Origin: a virus
Taxonomy: Duplodnaviria; Heunggongvirae; Uroviricota; Caudoviricetes
Direction: 5' to 3' (one strand)
Virus record (IMG/VR): IMGVR_UViG_3300037312_000757
Length of the DNA stretch: 64,000 bases
The position numbers and the translations under genes were made by a program. The notes under the pieces are model-generated. The model was not told the origin of the DNA and did no database searches. It saw only the letters and a program-made list of their open reading frames with translations. Shown piece after piece: positions 51,079-59,635 of this stretch (position 1 is the first letter of the stretch; every line of letters starts with the position of its first letter).

Positions 51079-51251
51079 TACAGCTTCCCGTCGATCTTTG
51101 CGATCGCGTCGTCTTGCGTATGAACGCCGAGATGCTTGTAGATCGCATGCAGGTTGCGATGATTCTTCCCGAACCATTTGTCGCACTTCATGCCAACGAA
51201 AAAACCGACAGCCAGGATTGCGAGCTCACTGAGACCCAGAAACAAAAACAT
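51078..51251 (-). CDS. small membrane protein (57 aa)
   Basis: MFLFLGLSELAILAVGFFVG... with AGAGGAAAT RBS. Replaces the out-of-frame track ORF 50896..51186. Confidence 0.4.
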   Translation of the reverse strand: MFLFLGLSELAILAVGFFVGMKCDKWFGKNHRNLHAIYKHLGVHTQDDAIAKIDGKL

Positions 51252-51272
51252 GATTTCCTCTTGTAGTTGAGA

Positions 51273-51665
51273 TTACTTCTTCTTGTTATTCAGGTCACGA
51301 GCAAGCTCGTCCAACGCTTCAATCTCGAGTCGCGCATTGCGCTCATCTAGATCGAGGTCAAGCATCCGATCAAGCTCCAGCGCTGTTGTGATCGCACCCG
51401 GACCGTAGAACGCATTGATCGCAAGACCACCGTGATCGTTCTCGAGGTAATAACGTACAAGCTGATAACGCTGTGAGTTCTCGAGATGTGGAGTCGTTGC
51501 AGAAATCATCGTTTCAATGTGTTGGTTGTTTTCCAACACCGCTTGTTCAAGTTCAGTAAGCTCACCATCGATTTCTTCTTCTGCTTCGATTCGTCCGTTC
51601 AACTTGCCCCACACATAGCCAAATACGATCCCCGCAATCACAGCCATCAGAATAGCGGCGCACAT
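51273..51665 (-). CDS. membrane-anchored acidic coiled-coil protein
   Basis: Start set at MCAAILMAV (TM helix) downstream of the terminator at 51705-51729. Confidence 0.5.
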   Translation of the reverse strand: MCAAILMAVIAGIVFGYVWGKLNGRIEAEEEIDGELTELEQAVLENNQHIETMISATTPHLENSQRYQLVRYYLENDHGGLAINAFYGPGAITTALELDRMLDLDLDERNARLEIEALDELARDLNNKKK

Positions 51666-51704
51666 CAATGATACATCGTTCACTTTGTTCTTCTTATAAA
51701 ATGA

Positions 51705-51729
51705 AAAGGTGCCATATTGTGGCACCTTT
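51705..51729. terminator. bidirectional intrinsic terminator
   Basis: AAAGGTGCCAtattgTGGCACCTTT. Confidence 0.55.
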
Positions 51730-51759
51730 CCAGTATGGCAACAAGCGCGATTTGCCAGC

Positions 51760-51912
51760 TTATTGCTCAGCCGTTTCCTTTGATTCTGCCTGAAGCTGCT
51801 TTAGCGCGATTTTGCGGAAGAAACCCTCGAGGTCTTGCCGGCGCATTGCTTCGTAATATTGATTGCGCAGCTCTCGGATTCGTTCGTTCACTTCGGTGTA
51901 ATGCAGTGCCAT
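51760..51912 (-). CDS. hypothetical small protein (50 aa)
   Basis: Start MALHYTEV after CAGGAGAAC. Confidence 0.45.
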   Translation of the reverse strand: MALHYTEVNERIRELRNQYYEAMRRQDLEGFFRKIALKQLQAESKETAEQ

Positions 51913-52030
51913 GCCAGTTCTCCTGTAGTGTACCCGGCATGATTCTACACTCATATGAAAGCCTCCTGTGGGGCTGTTGCCATTACGCAACAAACAGGAG
52001 GCTGGCTGCTAACGAGACGTGAAAAACCTG

Positions 52031-52231
52031 TTACACGAGTGACTCGCGGGGCTTGTAATCATCCAGCTTGCAGATCTTGTACTGCTGTTGTTCAGGCAAA
52101 CCCTGTGTTATCTGACGCACCCTGCACTTCACATACATCATGCAAGTAGTCCAACCAGCTTGACCGATTTCATCTACTGCTATGCGATACGCGTTAAGTT
52201 CTAAACGCTCATCATCACTCAGATGTGTCAT
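52031..52231 (-). CDS. hypothetical small protein
   Basis: 66 aa. RBS GAGGGGG. Confidence 0.5.
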   Translation of the reverse strand: MTHLSDDERLELNAYRIAVDEIGQAGWTTCMMYVKCRVRQITQGLPEQQQYKICKLDDYKPRESLV

Positions 52232-52548
52232 TTGTCCCCCTCATTGTTGACCGCTCTCACGGTGTATCAATTGTAAGCAAACAAAATTGCTTTTGTGTTG
52301 CGAGCGCGAAAATATTTTGCGAAATCTAAAGCAATAAGGCATTGACTTTTCCTTCAAGAGTTGGTGCCTAGTATCCACCGCACTGTTAAAGTGTGGTGGG
52401 CCCATATACCCCGACGGGTATTCATTTACTGTTAAACGGTGAAAGTAATACTGATACTACTAGTTGGAAAAATGATGACTTCTGCCTGGGTTTCGAACTA
52501 TCAGGGTGGTAGTAGATAACCTCCATGAATTATTCGTTGAATACTGGC

Positions 52549-52800
52549 TCAGACTTTGGTTACGGGGATAAACAGTTTATCAACGAGTTCTTTCACATAT
52601 GGTGTAAAGGAGGACTCGATTAATACGAGTGGTTTGAACTCAGTACCGTACTCAAGTGTTTTAAGTTGGTGTGTAGACGTGTCTATGGTAAGAAAGTTGC
52701 ATGAATCCCACAGAGCTATAGCCACGTATTCGCCTTCACCGAAGTACCATCCGTTATGGTGCAGTTTTTCTTTCTTGATTGGTTTGCTTTGCGATTTCAT
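52549..52800 (-). CDS. hypothetical small protein (AT-rich module)
   Basis: 83-aa ORF in a low-GC block. Confidence 0.45.
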   Translation of the reverse strand: MKSQSKPIKKEKLHHNGWYFGEGEYVAIALWDSCNFLTIDTSTHQLKTLEYGTEFKPLVLIESSFTPYVKELVDKLFIPVTKV

Positions 52801-53230
52801 TGTCGATCCACAATTTGAATTTCACGATATCCATTTGTGGGTGATCGCCGAATTCGACTCTAAGTGCAGCCAGAACTTGGAGATCGATATAACCGCCGTT
52901 TCGTTTCAGGAAGTGGTTGAGGAGGAATGATAATCGTTCGTGATCTTTTACGCATTCAATTGCAAACCGTTCTTGAGCTGCTTTGGTAGCTTCGTTCAAT
53001 TGAATTCGTTCATTCACTATTGTTTGTTCTTCATTTGCTTTATCCCAGCCGCTATACCACAGTTCCTTAGCTTCTTTTTCGAAGGTTTGTTTAGCTAGTC
53101 TAGTGTAAAACAGGCGTTGTGAAAGTGTGAAGGAGAAGCCTGTTTTGTAGGGATTTTGTTCACGAAGTTGGTTATTTTCACGTGCTTGATGCCCTTGGTT
53201 GAAGAATGTTGCTCGTTGTTCTTGTTTCAT
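52754..53230 (-). CDS. hypothetical protein (AT-rich module)
   Basis: 158 aa. RBS GAGGTGA. ATGA-coupled. Confidence 0.55.
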   Translation of the reverse strand: MKQEQRATFFNQGHQARENNQLREQNPYKTGFSFTLSQRLFYTRLAKQTFEKEAKELWYSGWDKANEEQTIVNERIQLNEATKAAQERFAIECVKDHERLSFLLNHFLKRNGGYIDLQVLAALRVEFGDHPQMDIVKFKLWIDNEIAKQTNQERKTAP

Positions 53231-53541
53231 TCATCACCTCGTGTGTAGCCGCGCGAAATCAACCATTGTTGCACTTCATGTAGATGAAAGATGGGGCCTG
53301 AACGGAGGTCTGCTATGGGCTTGGGGAAGTTGATGTCACGTGCCCTCCAGTTGCTAACAGCTTGACGGGAGGTGTGACACAATTCGGAGATTTCCGCGAT
53401 GCCAACCAGGGTTTGTTCACCGATCTTTTGGTTGAATGCCTCCTCCAGGTCGCGGTAGTCCTGGAACTTTACATACTCACCAATTCTGCTTTCATCCATC
53501 TCATAAGCGCGATACATGGATGGATTGTATCTTTTAACCAT
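53227..53541 (-). CDS. AlpA/excisionase-like (MerR-superfamily) HTH DNA-binding protein
   Basis: VGIAEISELCHTSRQAVSNWRARDINFPKPIADL...VQQWL resembles AlpA-type phage regulators. Start MVKRYNP after AAAGG. Confidence 0.5.
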   Translation of the reverse strand: MVKRYNPSMYRAYEMDESRIGEYVKFQDYRDLEEAFNQKIGEQTLVGIAEISELCHTSRQAVSNWRARDINFPKPIADLRSGPIFHLHEVQQWLISRGYTRGDE

Positions 53542-53869
53542 ATTTGCCTTTGGCGTCATTATAAGACGGCGTGGCGCTTACCATGAGCGACCATACGTTC
53601 CGCGTATATGCCGTGATATGAGACGCTTGAGCGGCCATCTGGCCAGTGGCAACAACAGGCATGAGTTTATAGCCGTTGAAGATTGAACCGTTCATCAAGT
53701 CACGAGCGAAGCTGAGCGACAATGTTGCTTCGAGGTACTTGCATCGTTCCTCTAGTGCTTTATAGTCGCTCAGCTTCACAAATTTGCCGTCACTATCATT
53801 TATCATGACGGCATACGTCATCTTGAATGTGGTTTCGACCCGCAGTGCAGGCGAGTAACGGTGAACCAT
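53534..53869 (-). CDS. hypothetical protein
   Basis: Trimmed to MVHRYSP after GAGGG. Confidence 0.45.
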   Translation of the reverse strand: MVHRYSPALRVETTFKMTYAVMINDSDGKFVKLSDYKALEERCKYLEATLSLSFARDLMNGSIFNGYKLMPVVATGQMAAQASHITAYTRNVWSLMVSATPSYNDAKGKYG

Positions 53870-53880
53870 GCAACCCTCGG

Positions 53881-54519
53881 TTAGATTTTCCGAGCAGCCG
53901 CTCCTATCGTAAGGGCACGCATAACCAAATCGACGACACACTGTTTGTCGCTTTCGTACATGCTGACATTGCCACAGACTGCCCCAACAACGAACGGCGC
54001 TTTGACGATTACCTGCTCACGAGGAACTTTGTCCCCACAGCCTTCTATGGTAATACCGTTGATGCGGCATACGTTGTCGAGATAGTCGTCATCGACAAAA
54101 AGACGTTCCGGTTCTTCAAGCACGAACGACAGCGGGTCCTTCTTGTCACGCGGCTGCTTCAGCTTTTCCATCCTCAGCTTGAGGCCTGCTTGCACGTTTG
54201 CCTTCAGCTCAGCCAGCCGGCGAGCCCGTTCTTCCGCGGCGAGCTGTGCCTTCATTGCTTCAGCTTGTGCCATCCGTTCCTCGAACGAAAGCTTTGGACC
54301 GGGACGGTTCGCAATCACGTAACGTTTCAGCTCCAGGTAGCCACGGATGAACTTTTCCTTCCACACTTGCGAACTGGCCCAGTGCGGTTTACCTGCCCCA
54401 CGTTTGCTGCTGGTGAGTACTGCCGTACGATACGTCTTCATCGTGCGCTCGGCGAACGAGAATGCGGCTTCTTCGCCTTGCGTTTCCTTCACCGAGTTGA
54501 TGCGGTCGATTTCTGCCAT
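53881..54519 (-). CDS. hypothetical protein (Ala/Glu/Arg coiled-coil centre)
   Basis: 212 aa. RBS GGGGG. Confidence 0.55.
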   Translation of the reverse strand: MAEIDRINSVKETQGEEAAFSFAERTMKTYRTAVLTSSKRGAGKPHWASSQVWKEKFIRGYLELKRYVIANRPGPKLSFEERMAQAEAMKAQLAAEERARRLAELKANVQAGLKLRMEKLKQPRDKKDPLSFVLEEPERLFVDDDYLDNVCRINGITIEGCGDKVPREQVIVKAPFVVGAVCGNVSMYESDKQCVVDLVMRALTIGAAARKI

Positions 54520-54768
54520 TTAACCCCCTGAAACGATTGTGCTGTCGCTGCCTTCGAGGACCGTGCTTTCTTCCCCATAGCCGAACATTCGTTGTTCGCG
54601 ATGAACGAGCTTCACGCTGACGCGGACTTCGTTATCACGTTGCTCAAACGGCGCCCCGTTATCTACCCTTACCTCCAGGCTCATATTGTCCCGGATGAAG
54701 CCGACGAGTCGGTTTTGGAAGCGCTCATCTTCGAAGAGTGCGTCGAGAAATTCGTTGTTGATATCCAC
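54520..54768 (-). CDS. hypothetical small protein (GTG start)
   Basis: GGAG plus 6 nt, then GTG. Confidence 0.45.
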   Translation of the reverse strand: MDINNEFLDALFEDERFQNRLVGFIRDNMSLEVRVDNGAPFEQRDNEVRVSVKLVHREQRMFGYGEESTVLEGSDSTIVSGG

Positions 54769-54818
54769 TTTCTGCTCCTGTTCTGTACCATTGCCGTTAT
54801 GGTACATTCATATGAATA

Positions 54819-55247
54819 TTAGAGCAAGCCGGTCAGCAGATTAAAACCTGTTGATTGACTGAAGGTGGCAGCTATGTACATAGCTGCGCCGCGAATTGGC
54901 TTAACAATGCGTTCTTCACAATGGCCATCCGAATACAGACGATCATCGCCATCTTTCTTGAACATCATCGAGCAGAACGGCAGATATTTCATACCCCATC
55001 CACCATACTTTTCTTTGTAGTCTTCCATGTCAAACACAACGGTCCATCGCGGACCAACTGGTTTGCCATATTTGTTCAACTCACGGAATTGATCACCCTT
55101 TTGCAGGTGCTTGAGCTGGACTCGTTCCGCTCGGTTGACATCTTTCCACCACATCATCTCGCGTGGTGTATAGCGCCAAGGAATGTTTAAGAGCTTGCGC
55201 TCTTTCGAGGACAAGCTCTTGGGTTTGCAACTTTGCTCGAGCAGCAA
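54819..55247 (-). CDS. hypothetical protein (start uncertain, TTG)
   Basis: 142-aa ORF with TAATTG junction to the small upstream ORF. Confidence 0.5.
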   Translation of the reverse strand: MLLEQSCKPKSLSSKERKLLNIPWRYTPREMMWWKDVNRAERVQLKHLQKGDQFRELNKYGKPVGPRWTVVFDMEDYKEKYGGWGMKYLPFCSMMFKKDGDDRLYSDGHCEERIVKPIRGAAMYIAATFSQSTGFNLLTGLL

Positions 55248-55358
55248 TTACAGACCACCTCCGAAGTTGCGGCGTGCCAGCGAGTTCACGTACAGGACGA
55301 TTACTGCTGCGCCGACGGTCGTTGCCATGATCATTGCTGCGTGTGCGATTGCGTGCAT
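55248..55358 (-). CDS. small membrane peptide (36 aa)
   Basis: MHAIAHAAMIMATTVGAAVIVLYVN... GGAG RBS directly after a promoter repeat. Coordinates ±1. Confidence 0.35.
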   Translation of the reverse strand: MHAIAHAAMIMATTVGAAVIVLYVNSLARRNFGGGL

Positions 55359-55374
55359 TTCTGTTACTCCGTTG

Positions 55375-55430
55375 TGTTGTTTACCATGTATCAAATGATA
55401 CGTTCACTTGAACATGGTTGCAAGCACTTT
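55375..55430 (-). promoter_or_regulatory. conserved promoter/operator/leader repeat copy
   Basis: tttaccatgtatcaaatgatacgttcacttgaacatggttgcaagcac. Confidence 0.55.
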
Positions 55431-55435
55431 TTGAT

Positions 55436-55648
55436 TTAATCGTTGGGTTCCATGCGACACAACCGACCAGCAGATTGCTCGCCGAATTCGATTGTCAGTT
55501 CGGCCGGTTTCGGTTCGACGATCGACGTGCTCTTGCACTTTTCGCACTCGACGATGAGTCGAAAGCCATATGGCTGATCTTGATGAAAGATCCTGAAGCT
55601 GCCACTTCCGCAGTTGCCGCATGCCATCGGCTCAACGTTTGTTAGCAC
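55436..55648 (-). CDS. zinc-ribbon small protein
   Basis: CGNCGS...CEKCKS. GTG start 4 nt after AAGGAGAG. Confidence 0.45.
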   Translation of the reverse strand: MLTNVEPMACGNCGSGSFRIFHQDQPYGFRLIVECEKCKSTSIVEPKPAELTIEFGEQSAGRLCRMEPND

Positions 55649-55658
55649 GGTGCTCTCC

Positions 55659-55865
55659 TTACTTGATAACTGCGTATTTCAGGAACAATGTCGAAAAGAC
55701 ACGTTTCTCGTTGCCGTTCTTGTCAAGCATGACAACGTGCGGTTCGTTGTGATCGTCGCCATTTTCCTTAACCATGGTTTCGCGCACGAACTGAACGTGG
55801 CCATAGGGGCCATACGACACTGCGGTGCCTTCCTTCATGTCGCACAGTTGTTCTTTGGTGATCAT
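55659..55865 (-). CDS. hypothetical small protein
   Basis: 68 aa. RBS CAGGAGATGG. Confidence 0.5.
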   Translation of the reverse strand: MITKEQLCDMKEGTAVSYGPYGHVQFVRETMVKENGDDHNEPHVVMLDKNGNEKRVFSTLFLKYAVIK

Positions 55866-55925
55866 GCCATCTCCTGTTGTTTACCATGCTCACATGATAC
55901 GCTCATATGAGCGCAGTATCAAGCA

Positions 55926-56198
55926 TCACTTGTAATGCTTCAGCTTTGCGGCCACAGTCAGCGCAACGACTTGAACTGGCTTCACGTGTCTGTGCTTTAC
56001 GTGCATGAGATCGACGATATTTCCGTTCGGATCGTATGCAGTGCAGACGCCAGGGTTAGTGTCAATGACTGTGTAACGGCCACCAGTAGCTTTGCCGTTG
56101 CGATCGAGCAAGCGGAACTGCTCCCCTTCCTCCATGCACGCCAGGGTGACGTTTTTGGGGATGGTGTTGTCGAGTGTGTGAATGAGACCTACGAACAT
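55926..56198 (-). CDS. hypothetical small protein
   Basis: 90 aa. RBS AAGGAGGATC. Confidence 0.5.
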   Translation of the reverse strand: MFVGLIHTLDNTIPKNVTLACMEEGEQFRLLDRNGKATGGRYTVIDTNPGVCTAYDPNGNIVDLMHVKHRHVKPVQVVALTVAAKLKHYK

Positions 56199-56210
56199 GA
56201 TTGATCCTCC

Positions 56211-56474
56211 TTACTTGAGAACAAGGTAGCGATTTTCATCGTCTTCAACGCCAACGAACTTCGAATCGCCAGTGGTGTCACCCGGGTGACCTACAAACAG
56301 CACAGGCTCGACGTTATCGGCCGGCTTGCCGAGCGCGTAGACCTTTTCAATTTCAATGTTAGGAGGTACATGGTAGGTGCCCCAGTAGGGGCCACCATCC
56401 TTCTCGATAACGACGAGCGGGTTACCTTCGATTGCCTGCAGCATTGCAATCAGATCGTTTTTGCGAATAAGCAT
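56211..56474 (-). CDS. hypothetical small protein
   Basis: 87 aa. RBS AAGGAGGTGG. Confidence 0.5.
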   Translation of the reverse strand: MLIRKNDLIAMLQAIEGNPLVVIEKDGGPYWGTYHVPPNIEIEKVYALGKPADNVEPVLFVGHPGDTTGDSKFVGVEDDENRYLVLK

Positions 56475-56483
56475 ACCACCTCC

Positions 56484-56804
56484 TTACACTTGTTCCTTCC
56501 AGTCGCCATCCAGGTATGCGGTGCGTTTGTTTACATCTGCGCGAACAAACTTACCATCCGGGTACAACCAACCAGCGCAGTCGCGCGTGCTGAGTGCAAC
56601 GGCGAGAACACGCTTACCATCTTTGGTCGCGTAGTAGATCTTACGTGCATGCCAGCCAAACTTGGCCATTTTTTCCAACGAAACCATCTGCGCTTCTGAT
56701 ACGTGGTCGGCGAAGTTGTAAACATAGTTGCTATTGCGCATTGTGTTTTGTACGTGCAACTTGGCGAGAACAGCTTCTACACGATCATACACATCCAGAT
56801 TCAT
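56484..56804 (-). CDS. hypothetical protein
   Basis: Trimmed to MNLDVYD after ACGGAGCG. Confidence 0.5.
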   Translation of the reverse strand: MNLDVYDRVEAVLAKLHVQNTMRNSNYVYNFADHVSEAQMVSLEKMAKFGWHARKIYYATKDGKRVLAVALSTRDCAGWLYPDGKFVRADVNKRTAYLDGDWKEQV

Positions 56805-56896
56805 TTTGCGCTCCGTAACGTTTACCATGTTCATATGGTAAATTCACCTAGTGCCTTTTGCAAGCGCTAGGTGAACATGGTTACAAACTTTGTTGC

Positions 56897-57466
56897 TTAG
56901 TCGGCGTCGAACGACGATACGAACACGCGTTGCCCGACCAAGCGCTCCAGCTCGTAGCTGGCCTTGATATTTTCCGGAAAGCGCTCGCGTCGGAAGCTGA
57001 TGGTGAAGTTGTAACCAGTGCCGAACCCCGACGGGAAGTAGCAGTACGTTTCACCGCGCTTGAGCTTGTCCACCATCGCTTGCTTTGCTTCGTCGGTCAT
57101 GAACAGCGCAACAGGTCCCAGGTCAACGCGTTGGCTCTTCACCAGCACCGCTTGACGTTCCTTCGCGCGTTCAACTTGCTCAGCAAACTGCTCGGGCAGC
57201 TTTGCAAGCGTTTCGTAATAGAAGCTGTCTTCGACGCCGAGACGATTGAACGTGAACGTGCGACCATGCGCCTTGTAGTTGGTTGTACACATGGGACTGG
57301 TGCTGTCTCCGAAGAACTCGAGCAGGATTTCGACACCGTCGTTCACCGGGAGCTCCATCTTCAGCGTGGTATTCTTGTTACCTTGCGTTCGCGTTACAGT
57401 GCCTTGCAGGATCTTTGCGAACGCTTCCATCTTCTTCTGGATGCTGTCGATGTTTGCCTTTGCCAT
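56897..57466 (-). CDS. hypothetical protein
   Basis: Trimmed to MAKANIDS after the leader. Confidence 0.6.
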   Translation of the reverse strand: MAKANIDSIQKKMEAFAKILQGTVTRTQGNKNTTLKMELPVNDGVEILLEFFGDSTSPMCTTNYKAHGRTFTFNRLGVEDSFYYETLAKLPEQFAEQVERAKERQAVLVKSQRVDLGPVALFMTDEAKQAMVDKLKRGETYCYFPSGFGTGYNFTISFRRERFPENIKASYELERLVGQRVFVSSFDAD

Positions 57467-57553
57467 CTCAACTTCTCCTGTGTTGTTCACCATGTCGTTA
57501 TTCTGCGTTCATATGAACAAACAGTCAAGCACCAAATGAACGAAAAGTTGAAG

Positions 57554-57580
57554 AAAAAGCCCGCATTGTGCGGGCTTTTT
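57554..57580. terminator. bidirectional intrinsic terminator
   Basis: AAAAAGCCCGCattgtGCGGGCTTTTT. Confidence 0.6.
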
Positions 57581-57598
57581 ACTGCGTTGCGTTGCTGC

Positions 57599-57928
57599 TT
57601 ACTTGAACACCCAGATCGGATGTGCCGTGTGCAGACCTTGGTTGTTCTCGTGCGACACGATCTTGCCACCCTGGATGTTGATGACGTTCACGATCTCGAC
57701 ACGCGACATCATTTTGCGCGTTTGGTCGTGAATCGCGTAATGCACTTTGCCGATCACGAAATCGTCGCCCAGAGGGCCACAGCTTGAGAGGAACACCAGC
57801 TTATCGTCGTTTTTGCGCGCGACGTAGACCGTGCAACGATCCCAAATTTCGCTGAAACGGTTAACGCGTACTGCACGCAAGTTGAACAGCGATTGCGTTG
57901 CGGGAAGCAGTGCGAGGTTTTGTCCCAT
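57599..57928 (-). CDS. hypothetical protein
   Basis: Trimmed to MGQNLALL after AAGGAGAG. Confidence 0.55.
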   Translation of the reverse strand: MGQNLALLPATQSLFNLRAVRVNRFSEIWDRCTVYVARKNDDKLVFLSSCGPLGDDFVIGKVHYAIHDQTRKMMSRVEIVNVINIQGGKIVSHENNQGLHTAHPIWVFK

Positions 57929-57993
57929 GTCTAACTCTCCTTGTTGTCTACCATGTTTCAAATGATACATTCATTTGGCAGAAAATCAAGCGA

Positions 57994-58182
57994 TTATTCG
58001 TCGCTCGGGAGAATCAAAGCATCCAGCACCATGCGGCGGCGCGACTGTTCGACCAACGTTTTGATGTCCACACGCGGAAGGCCCCTCACATCAGTCATCG
58101 GAAGAGATTCAGGCAGACGTACTTCAACAACTTCCCAGCCAGCTTGCTGTGCGATTTGCTTCATGATGGCCGACTTAGTCAT
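57994..58182 (-). CDS. hypothetical small protein
   Basis: Start MTKSAIMKQ after ACGGAG. Confidence 0.45.
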   Translation of the reverse strand: MTKSAIMKQIAQQAGWEVVEVRLPESLPMTDVRGLPRVDIKTLVEQSRRRMVLDALILPSDE

Positions 58183-58234
58183 GTTCATCTCCGTTGTTTA
58201 CCCAAGCCAGATGGTACATTCATCTGGCTAGGTA

Positions 58235-58789
58235 TCAAGCTTTTTTCGTTCGCGTTTTCGTGATGACAAACTGGAAGTAGCTTGATTGCTGATCAATCGA
58301 TTTGCCATTTACGATGGGATACTTCGTGTCCCATTCGTACTTCACCTTCTTGGGATTCCGCGCATATGGATCCTGGTACATGTCGAGTCGATGATAGTGA
58401 CCTAGACTGCGCCACGTGCGTACTGCCATTTCACCAATACAGGTGCTGCTGTGGATCTTTTTCAACACGTGAGCGGCGCCGAGATAGAGAACTGTTCCGA
58501 GCCCACGTCCACGGTAGCCGCGCTTCAGATAGACTGCGTACACCCCGTAACCGATCTTGCGCTCTTTTTTCTTGTTGAGCGATATGATACCGACGATCTG
58601 CTTGTCGCGATTACGCTGCAAATAAACGTATTGACTCCAGCGCGTACCTTTGTCCAGGTGAAAGAGCGTCAGTCCGTCTTTTGTGCCGAGATTAGTGGCT
58701 TCGTTGCCGTTTGCTACGGCTTCTTTAATTTCGTCCTTGAGATTGTTGAAGCCCCACAGGTCGTAATTTTCGCCTTTTGTAATGTACAT
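58235..58789 (-). CDS. GNAT-family N-acetyltransferase
   Basis: Motif A ...GVYAVYLKRGYRGRGLGTVL... Start set at MYITKG. The track N-terminus is low-complexity. Confidence 0.55.
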   Translation of the reverse strand: MYITKGENYDLWGFNNLKDEIKEAVANGNEATNLGTKDGLTLFHLDKGTRWSQYVYLQRNRDKQIVGIISLNKKKERKIGYGVYAVYLKRGYRGRGLGTVLYLGAAHVLKKIHSSTCIGEMAVRTWRSLGHYHRLDMYQDPYARNPKKVKYEWDTKYPIVNGKSIDQQSSYFQFVITKTRTKKA

Positions 58790-58943
58790 TGCCAAATCAA
58801 TATTGTTATTGTTATGGGAACTGCTGAGCGCATGATACATATGGCAACTGAAGCGTCAAGGTGCCAAATGACTATTTCACGTCTATTCTGGTTAACTGGC
58901 AACCTGTTGTAGAATGGCAACTATTCATTTACGAGTTAAAACA

Positions 58944-59348
58944 ATGAAAATCAAACTCCTTGCTGTTGTGCTCATCGGCGCAGTCGCCCTGACAGGTTGT
59001 GAAGAAAGTGAACATGCCAAAGCTCTCATGGCCAACCCTGAGATCACGGTTGTTGGCACGTTCGACGGTTGCACGACAAAATATGTCAACCGTGGCTACG
59101 ACAATCTCTCATTCTATCAATCGAAATGCGGTGACACTGTGGCTACGACGTCGAACTTCACCGTGTCACACGGCAAGTCGAGTTCGTTTGAACGTCGTGT
59201 GGCCATCACACAACAAATCGCCAAGCTTCAAGAAGAACAGAAAGCAATCGACGCTGACCTCGCTGTTCGTCATGAAGCGCTCAGCAAACTAAGCCCCGCA
59301 GAACGCTCCGCACTGGGTCTGGCAGCGAGCGACGCGCAAGGTCAATAA
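58944..59348 (+). CDS. lipoprotein
   Basis: MKIKLLAVVLIGAVALTGC lipobox. First gene of the plus-strand block. Confidence 0.55.
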   Translation: MKIKLLAVVLIGAVALTGCEESEHAKALMANPEITVVGTFDGCTTKYVNRGYDNLSFYQSKCGDTVATTSNFTVSHGKSSSFERRVAITQQIAKLQEEQKAIDADLAVRHEALSKLSPAERSALGLAASDAQGQ

Positions 59349-59536
59349 TGAAGAAGCTGCTCGGACTACCCGTTCTGGTATTTGGTTACCTTGGGTTCTG
59401 TTTGGCAACCCTGTTCGTGTTCATAGGGTCATTCTTCTATTGGCTCGGTTGCCCAGCCACCGCTCATGCGTTTGATAGCGTGTTTGACTGGTACCTGATT
59501 CGTTTTCTTCGCACTATGAAATGGTGTATGGAATGA
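59348..59536 (+). CDS. small membrane protein
   Basis: 62 aa with two TM helices. TAATGA junction. Confidence 0.45.
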   Translation: MKKLLGLPVLVFGYLGFCLATLFVFIGSFFYWLGCPATAHAFDSVFDWYLIRFLRTMKWCME

Positions 59537-59635
59537 ACGGATGGTTTGACGGTAACCCGTATGAAATTGCCGTGTTTGCTGTTATAATGGCAATCTATTG
59601 CTGGGCCAAATTCTCAAAACCAAAACAAAAACAAA

